Assembly: GCA_944392845.1 (NCBI GenBank) | Contig: CALXYE010000072.1 | Coordinates: 25,558-89,557, forward strand | Length of the DNA: 64,000 bases | Direction of reading: 5' to 3' | DNA from: an uncultured Alphaproteobacteria bacterium | GTDB lineage: Bacteria; Pseudomonadota; Alphaproteobacteria; CAAGCB01; CAG-977 | Part shown: positions 59,572 to 64,000 of the stretch, in pieces | Numbering within the stretch: position 1 is the first letter of the stretch | Layout: each line of letters starts with the position of its first letter | Notes under the pieces: model-generated | What the model was told of the DNA's origin: nothing | Databases searched by the model: none | The model's input: only the letters and a program-made list of their open reading frames with translations | Position numbers and translations under genes: made by a program

Positions 59572-60033
59572 GTGATGCCCTTTTTCATACGGGGTTCTGA
59601 AGTGGAACGTTTTTGGGAAAAGAAAAAACTGTCGGAAATGTCGCGGGACGAATGGGAAGCCCTGTGCGACGGGTGCGGCAAATGTTGTATGGAAAAGCTG
59701 ATCTTTGAAGACGGCTCGCTTGAATTTACAAATGTCGCGTGCGCTCAGCTGGACTTGGTATCCTGCCGCTGTATGCATTATGCCGACAGGAACGCTTACG
59801 TTCCCGAATGCGTGCATCTGACGCCGAAGGATCTGGACGAAATCGGTTGGTTGCCCAAAACGTGCGCGTACCGTCTGTTGAAGGAAGGAAAACCGTTGCC
59901 GAAATGGCATCCTCTGATCACGGGAAATAAAGATTCCGTCCACGACGCAAAAATGTCCGCGCGCGGCAGAGCCGTTCCCGCAAAGCCCGCCGACGAATTT
60001 ATTGATTATATTGTTGATTGGGATGACTTGTAG
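59572..60033 (+). CDS. YcgN-family (UPF0260) cysteine-cluster protein
   Basis: Cys cluster CDGCGKCC...C...C.C. Confidence 0.7.
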   Translation: MMPFFIRGSEVERFWEKKKLSEMSRDEWEALCDGCGKCCMEKLIFEDGSLEFTNVACAQLDLVSCRCMHYADRNAYVPECVHLTPKDLDEIGWLPKTCAYRLLKEGKPLPKWHPLITGNKDSVHDAKMSARGRAVPAKPADEFIDYIVDWDDL

Positions 60034-60736
60034 GCTTCAAAAAGACGCCGAGTTGACGCTGGCGGACGGGGAGCGCCTGATTTTATCCGTAGAGCGCAGC
60101 CCGAAAGCCAAAAGGATGCGTTTGCGCATTGACCGTTTAAAACGTCGGGCCGTGCTGATTTTGACGAAGCGGTCTTCCGAACGGGCGGGCTTGGCTTTTG
60201 CCGCCGAACATGCCGACTGGCTTCGGCGTCAGTTGGCCGCCCTGCCCGATAAAAAAATTTTTGCGGACGGGTTTCGTTTTTCCCTGTTGGGAGAAAACGT
60301 CGTCATACGCCATTCTCCCGAAGCAAAGCGCGGCGTTTGGTTGGAGGAAAGCGTCGTTTGGGTGTCGGGCGACGCCCTTTATCTGCCGCGGCGCACGGTT
60401 GATTTCATCAAAGAACATTTCCGCAGATATGCCAAGTCCCGTCTTGCTCAGACGGCGGCGGCGCTCGGGACAAAGGTTCGCCGCCTGACCGTCAGAGATA
60501 CGAAATCCCGTTGGGGCAGCTGCAGCCGCAGCGGCGACGTTTCTCTTTCATGGCGGTTGGCTTTGGCGCCGCGGGAGGTCGCCGATTACGTTATCGTTCA
60601 TGAGGTATCCCATCTGCGGGAAATGAACCATTCGGAAGCGTTTTGGAAAACGGTGGCTTCCGTAATGCCGGATTATAAGGCGAAGGAACGTTGGCTGAAA
60701 CGCAACGCCGCTTTTTTGTACAGCTTTGAAGGTTGA
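60023..60736 (+). CDS. YgjP-like metal-dependent hydrolase (DUF45 / M48-related, SprT-like)
   Basis: C-terminal HExxH (HEVSHLREMNHSEAFW). Confidence 0.7.
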   Translation: MTCRLQKDAELTLADGERLILSVERSPKAKRMRLRIDRLKRRAVLILTKRSSERAGLAFAAEHADWLRRQLAALPDKKIFADGFRFSLLGENVVIRHSPEAKRGVWLEESVVWVSGDALYLPRRTVDFIKEHFRRYAKSRLAQTAAALGTKVRRLTVRDTKSRWGSCSRSGDVSLSWRLALAPREVADYVIVHEVSHLREMNHSEAFWKTVASVMPDYKAKERWLKRNAAFLYSFEG

Positions 60737-60822
60737 GCGCCGGAGCATTTAGACAAAAAACTGTATTTTTTGAAAATAATTTGATAAAATACGCTTCGGC
60801 GGCCGAGTTAAAGGAAAAAAGT

Positions 60823-61194
60823 ATGGGAATAACAAAGCAGGAATTGGAAGCGGAACGCTTTGTCCATCGCGGGATGCGATATTTAAGGGAGACTTTTCCG
60901 ACGGAAACGAAAGCAATGGACGACGGCGTTTTGAAAAACAGGCTGATCAATGATTGCGAATTCGTGATGGCGTACGGTTTTGAAACCGAGCGCGACGTGA
61001 TGGGGCTGGTTGACCTGTTGTGGCGTTTGCCCGAAGACTTTAAGGCGAATCCCGATTACGGTTGGGTTGAAGAAATCTTGTCCGATAAAGAAATGGACGC
61101 GTCCTTAAAGACCGAAGCGTTGCAAAACGCCTATGCTTTGTTTGCGGCCGTTGCCGAAAGCGGGAAAGGTGAAAATGACGGAACGGAACTGTAA
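60823..61194 (+). CDS. Hypothetical acidic protein of 123 aa. The ATG at 60823 has RBS AAGGAAAAAAGT.
   Basis: No recognisable family. It overlaps the start of the next gene by 20 nt. Confidence 0.4.
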   Translation: MGITKQELEAERFVHRGMRYLRETFPTETKAMDDGVLKNRLINDCEFVMAYGFETERDVMGLVDLLWRLPEDFKANPDYGWVEEILSDKEMDASLKTEALQNAYALFAAVAESGKGENDGTEL

Positions 61195-61852
61195 AGCGAC
61201 GCTGTACGTCGAAACTCCCGACATCATGATTCCCAAAAAATTAAAAAAGGACATCATGCCGCGGGATCCGGAAGAATTGGGAACGGCGGTCGGACACGTT
61301 TTTTTCGGTCTGACGGATGAAAAAGGGCGGGAAAAGACTTACGGCCTTCACGCATGTTGTGCGTTATACGGCGCGGAAAACGTCGCGCCCGGGGACAGGA
61401 TGGAATTTTTTTCGCTTAAAAAGGTTGCAGGCGTCGTAACGGAAGAAACGAAAGAACCCTATGATGAAAAGCTGGTTTACCATATTACCCGTTCTCAATA
61501 CGACGCCGTTCGGAAATATGCGGAAACCGCCGTTGAAAAACCGCCGAAATACAATATTTGGACAAGCAACTGCGTCATTTTTGCGTATAAGGCTTTAAAA
61601 CAGGCCGATTTAAAATTGCCGCCGCAATTATTGCCGTATTCGCCCGCGATGGTGACCGTCGGCGTGCGCGTCTTGGAACGGGCGGCAAAGCTGAAAGACG
61701 GTTTAAGGAAAGCGGGACGGAAACTTTCCGCCGTTTTTTCGTCGGACAGGAAAATTTCGCTTTCGGCTTTGGAAAAAATGAAAAGCCCCAAAAAGATGGA
61801 AGGGTTCGGCGTCCGTTCTTTGGTTGCCGAGGCGAAACGCAAGGCCCGCTGA
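61175..61852 (+). CDS. Hypothetical protein with a possible permuted papain-like (LRAT/NlpC-P60/PPPDE-like) H...NC signature and a basic C-terminal tail
   Basis: His lies in the GHVFFGL context and Cys in WTSNCVIFAYKAL, resembling the LRAT H-box and NCEHF-box order. The C-terminus is Lys/Arg-rich. Confidence 0.4.
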   Translation: MTERNCKATLYVETPDIMIPKKLKKDIMPRDPEELGTAVGHVFFGLTDEKGREKTYGLHACCALYGAENVAPGDRMEFFSLKKVAGVVTEETKEPYDEKLVYHITRSQYDAVRKYAETAVEKPPKYNIWTSNCVIFAYKALKQADLKLPPQLLPYSPAMVTVGVRVLERAAKLKDGLRKAGRKLSAVFSSDRKISLSALEKMKSPKKMEGFGVRSLVAEAKRKAR

Positions 61853-61857
61853 ACGGG

Positions 61858-62145
61858 TTAGCGGGATGCTTTGACCATATCAATGACGTCGGCGATCCAT
61901 GTCGTGATGTAAGGAATATTCAGCGCGACCAAGTGTTGCGTTATTTTGAACAGGATCAGCAAAATGATGGCCGTCCCGATCGTCAATCCCAAACCTTTGG
62001 CGACTCCCGACATGAAATTCAGCCAGAACAGCTTTTTCGGGCTGTTGACCAGCTCAATATATTCCAACAGGCGGGTACGGTTGAAATCGTCGCACAGCTT
62101 CGATATTTTTTCATAAACTTCTTTGGAATATTCTTTTTCAGACAT
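61858..62145 (-). CDS. Small hypothetical membrane protein
   Basis: One or two predicted TM helices (GLGLTIGTAIILLILF). Confidence 0.4.
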   Translation of the reverse strand: MSEKEYSKEVYEKISKLCDDFNRTRLLEYIELVNSPKKLFWLNFMSGVAKGLGLTIGTAIILLILFKITQHLVALNIPYITTWIADVIDMVKASR

Positions 62146-62228
62146 TTTTTCGTTCCGAATCAAAACAGTTGCTCTAGAATAAAAGCATAAACTTTTTATC
62201 TTGTCCCGTAAAAAAGGAGACGTTCGTC

Positions 62229-63134
62229 ATGACTTTGCGCATAGGCATTGATTTGGGCGGCACAAAAACGGAAATTGCCGCATTGGATTCCGAAACGGGA
62301 GAAATCCTGCTGAAGAACAGAGTGCCGACTCCGAAAGATTATCAAGGCGTTTTGGATGCCGTAAAGGATCTTGTTTTCGAAGCGGAAAAGACTCTGGGCA
62401 TGACGGGAACGGTCGGCATGGGAATTCCCGGCACGATTTCGCCGCAGACGGGATTGGTTAAAAACGCCAATGCGACATGGCTGATCGGCCATCCTTTGGA
62501 CAAGGATCTGTCGGCGGTGCTGAGGCGTCCCGTACGCATTGCCAATGATGCGGATTGCCTGGCGGTATCCGAAGCCGCCGACGGCGCGGGAAAGGGATAT
62601 AACATCGTTTGGGCCGTCATTTTGGGAACGGGCGTGGGCAGCGGCATTTCCGCTTTTCGGCATATCATAACGGGGCCGAATGCCATCGGCGGCGAATGGG
62701 GGCATAACGCCATGCCGTGGACAAGGGATGCCGAAACGGCGAACCGCGAATGCTATTGCGGCAAAAACGGTTGCGTGGAAACGTTCCTGTCGGGCAAGGC
62801 CTTGGCTAAGGAGTATTTTTTAAGGACGGGCTTGGAAAAAACGGCTTCGGAGATTGCCGAAGCCGCTTTAAACGGCGAAGAAGCGGCGGACGGAGTGTTG
62901 TCCGTTTATGAGGAACGGCTGGCGCGCGCGACGGCGGCGGTCATCAACATCATTGATCCCGATATCGTCGTTTTGGGCGGCGGCGTATCGAACATTGAGC
63001 GTTTGTATAAAAACGTGCCGCCTTTGTGGAAGAAATATGTTTTTTCGGATACGGTGGAAACGAAGCTTGCAAAGGCGAAGTTCGGCGATTCAAGCGGTGT
63101 TCGCGGTGCGGCGCGGTTATGGGACAATCCGTAA
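62229..63134 (+). CDS. ROK-family sugar kinase (N-acetylglucosamine kinase / fructokinase-like)
   Basis: ATP-binding motif IGIDLGGTKTE and the ROK zinc motif CYCGKNGCVET. Confidence 0.75.
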   Translation: MTLRIGIDLGGTKTEIAALDSETGEILLKNRVPTPKDYQGVLDAVKDLVFEAEKTLGMTGTVGMGIPGTISPQTGLVKNANATWLIGHPLDKDLSAVLRRPVRIANDADCLAVSEAADGAGKGYNIVWAVILGTGVGSGISAFRHIITGPNAIGGEWGHNAMPWTRDAETANRECYCGKNGCVETFLSGKALAKEYFLRTGLEKTASEIAEAALNGEEAADGVLSVYEERLARATAAVINIIDPDIVVLGGGVSNIERLYKNVPPLWKKYVFSDTVETKLAKAKFGDSSGVRGAARLWDNP

Positions 63135-63988
63135 TGGAATTTTGCACATTAAGACAGGCCGTTTTGTTTTTGGCGTGCGGCGAGAACGGCGGCGACGCGA
63201 CGGAAGAATTACTGAAGGAAGCATCCGAACGTTTCGTTTATATGCTCAACCATGAATTCGGGACGGGGATCAGCGTCTTTTTGCGCGGCAGCAGAGAGCA
63301 CGGCGGCGAAAAAGTAAAAATCGATTTAATCTACTTAAAGAACATAGACCCGATCGAAAACAGGGCTTTGGTCAGAGAATACCGCATTGTTCCCGTGAAC
63401 GACGTTTTTTCGGACGAAGAGCTCAGAGAGCGCGTTTGCGAAACGCCGTTCTTTGACGTGGAAGTGGATTTGGAAGCGTTAAAGAAGCTTTCGGAACATT
63501 TGGAAGGGCGAGTTTATCTGGGTGAAAAGCGGATTATATCGATCAGGGAAAATCCCGAATACGCGGACAAAGCCATAGAGTATTTTCAAACAAACTCGGG
63601 TTTTGACGGGGCGCCCGGTTTTTACGAAAACGTTATCAGGAACTGCATAAAGGCGGAAACGCCTTTTCTGCAATGGTATTTATTGTACGGCGGCGGCGAA
63701 GTCACGGGCGGTGTCGGATTGGTATTAAATGATTTTATCAGTCGATTTGATTTATATCCGTGGCTCAGTATGCTGTCGGTTAATGAAACGGCGCGAGGCA
63801 ACGGCTATGGTTTTGCTCTGATTGATCGGGCGAAAAAAGACGCCAAAGCGGCAGGAATGCCGTTTTTATACGCGGCGACGTCGGAAAAGGGCTTTTTTGA
63901 ACGCGCGGGTTTTGAGCACATGGCGGACGGATACGCTTTAAACGGCGAAGTGCGGCATATTTATAAAATTGAAACCGTTTGCTTTTAA
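63134..63988 (+). CDS. Protein with a C-terminal GNAT acetyltransferase domain. Start and stop overlap in a TAATG arrangement.
   Basis: Acetyl-CoA binding region (NETARGNGYGFALIDRAKKDAKAAGMPFLYAATSEKGFFERAGF). Confidence 0.55.
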   Translation: MEFCTLRQAVLFLACGENGGDATEELLKEASERFVYMLNHEFGTGISVFLRGSREHGGEKVKIDLIYLKNIDPIENRALVREYRIVPVNDVFSDEELRERVCETPFFDVEVDLEALKKLSEHLEGRVYLGEKRIISIRENPEYADKAIEYFQTNSGFDGAPGFYENVIRNCIKAETPFLQWYLLYGGGEVTGGVGLVLNDFISRFDLYPWLSMLSVNETARGNGYGFALIDRAKKDAKAAGMPFLYAATSEKGFFERAGFEHMADGYALNGEVRHIYKIETVCF

Positions 63989-64000
63989 ACGGGGCGGATG

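Noticed and set aside
1-64000. CRISPR arrays, rRNA genes, IS elements
   Set aside because: No regularly spaced direct repeats, no rRNA-like conserved stretches and no transposase-like ORFs were seen on either strand.

Overview
This window looks like an origin-proximal stretch of an alphaproteobacterial chromosome, dense with housekeeping genes. The main blocks are rho; hisB; hslVU; a split chrA pair; two perfect parS palindromes; rsmG-parA-parB; rsmI-yraN with a divergent LpoA-like lipoprotein gene; rph-rdgB-hemW; hrcA-grpE; proC; hldD-lgt-pgeF-prs-rplY-pth-ychF-trmL; yggS; a porin; leuS-lptE-holA; purB; htpG; a Suv3-like helicase with an S4 protein and a ferredoxin; lolA-ftsK; a Lon-N protein; a YbbN-like thioredoxin; tRNA-Gly; pheA; an OMP; terC; ibpA with a DUF1150 protein; a DTW protein; queA; mucR; ycgN; ygjP-like; a ROK kinase; and a GNAT protein. 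No integrase, transposase, CRISPR array or rRNA gene is present. Several perfect DnaA boxes lie upstream of rho. The most unusual content is a four-member family of small stand-alone proteins whose C-termini match the colicin E9/E7-type HNH DNase domain: HH-x2-P-x3-GGG-x-N-x-F-x-N-L, then H-x3-H. Three copies sit in tandem directly beside tRNA-Gly with no immunity gene. The fourth copy lies 4 kb away and is followed by a SUKH/SMI1-KNR4-like putative immunity gene. All four carry basic Lys/Arg-rich tails, NLS-like at the N-terminus and resembling T4SS signals at the C-terminus. This suggests a secreted nuclease effector or toxin family. Other second-look items are a lipid-modification trio after holA, two orphan membrane or low-complexity proteins, and an overlapping hypothetical gene pair in which one member shows a permuted papain-like (LRAT/NlpC-like) H...NC signature.
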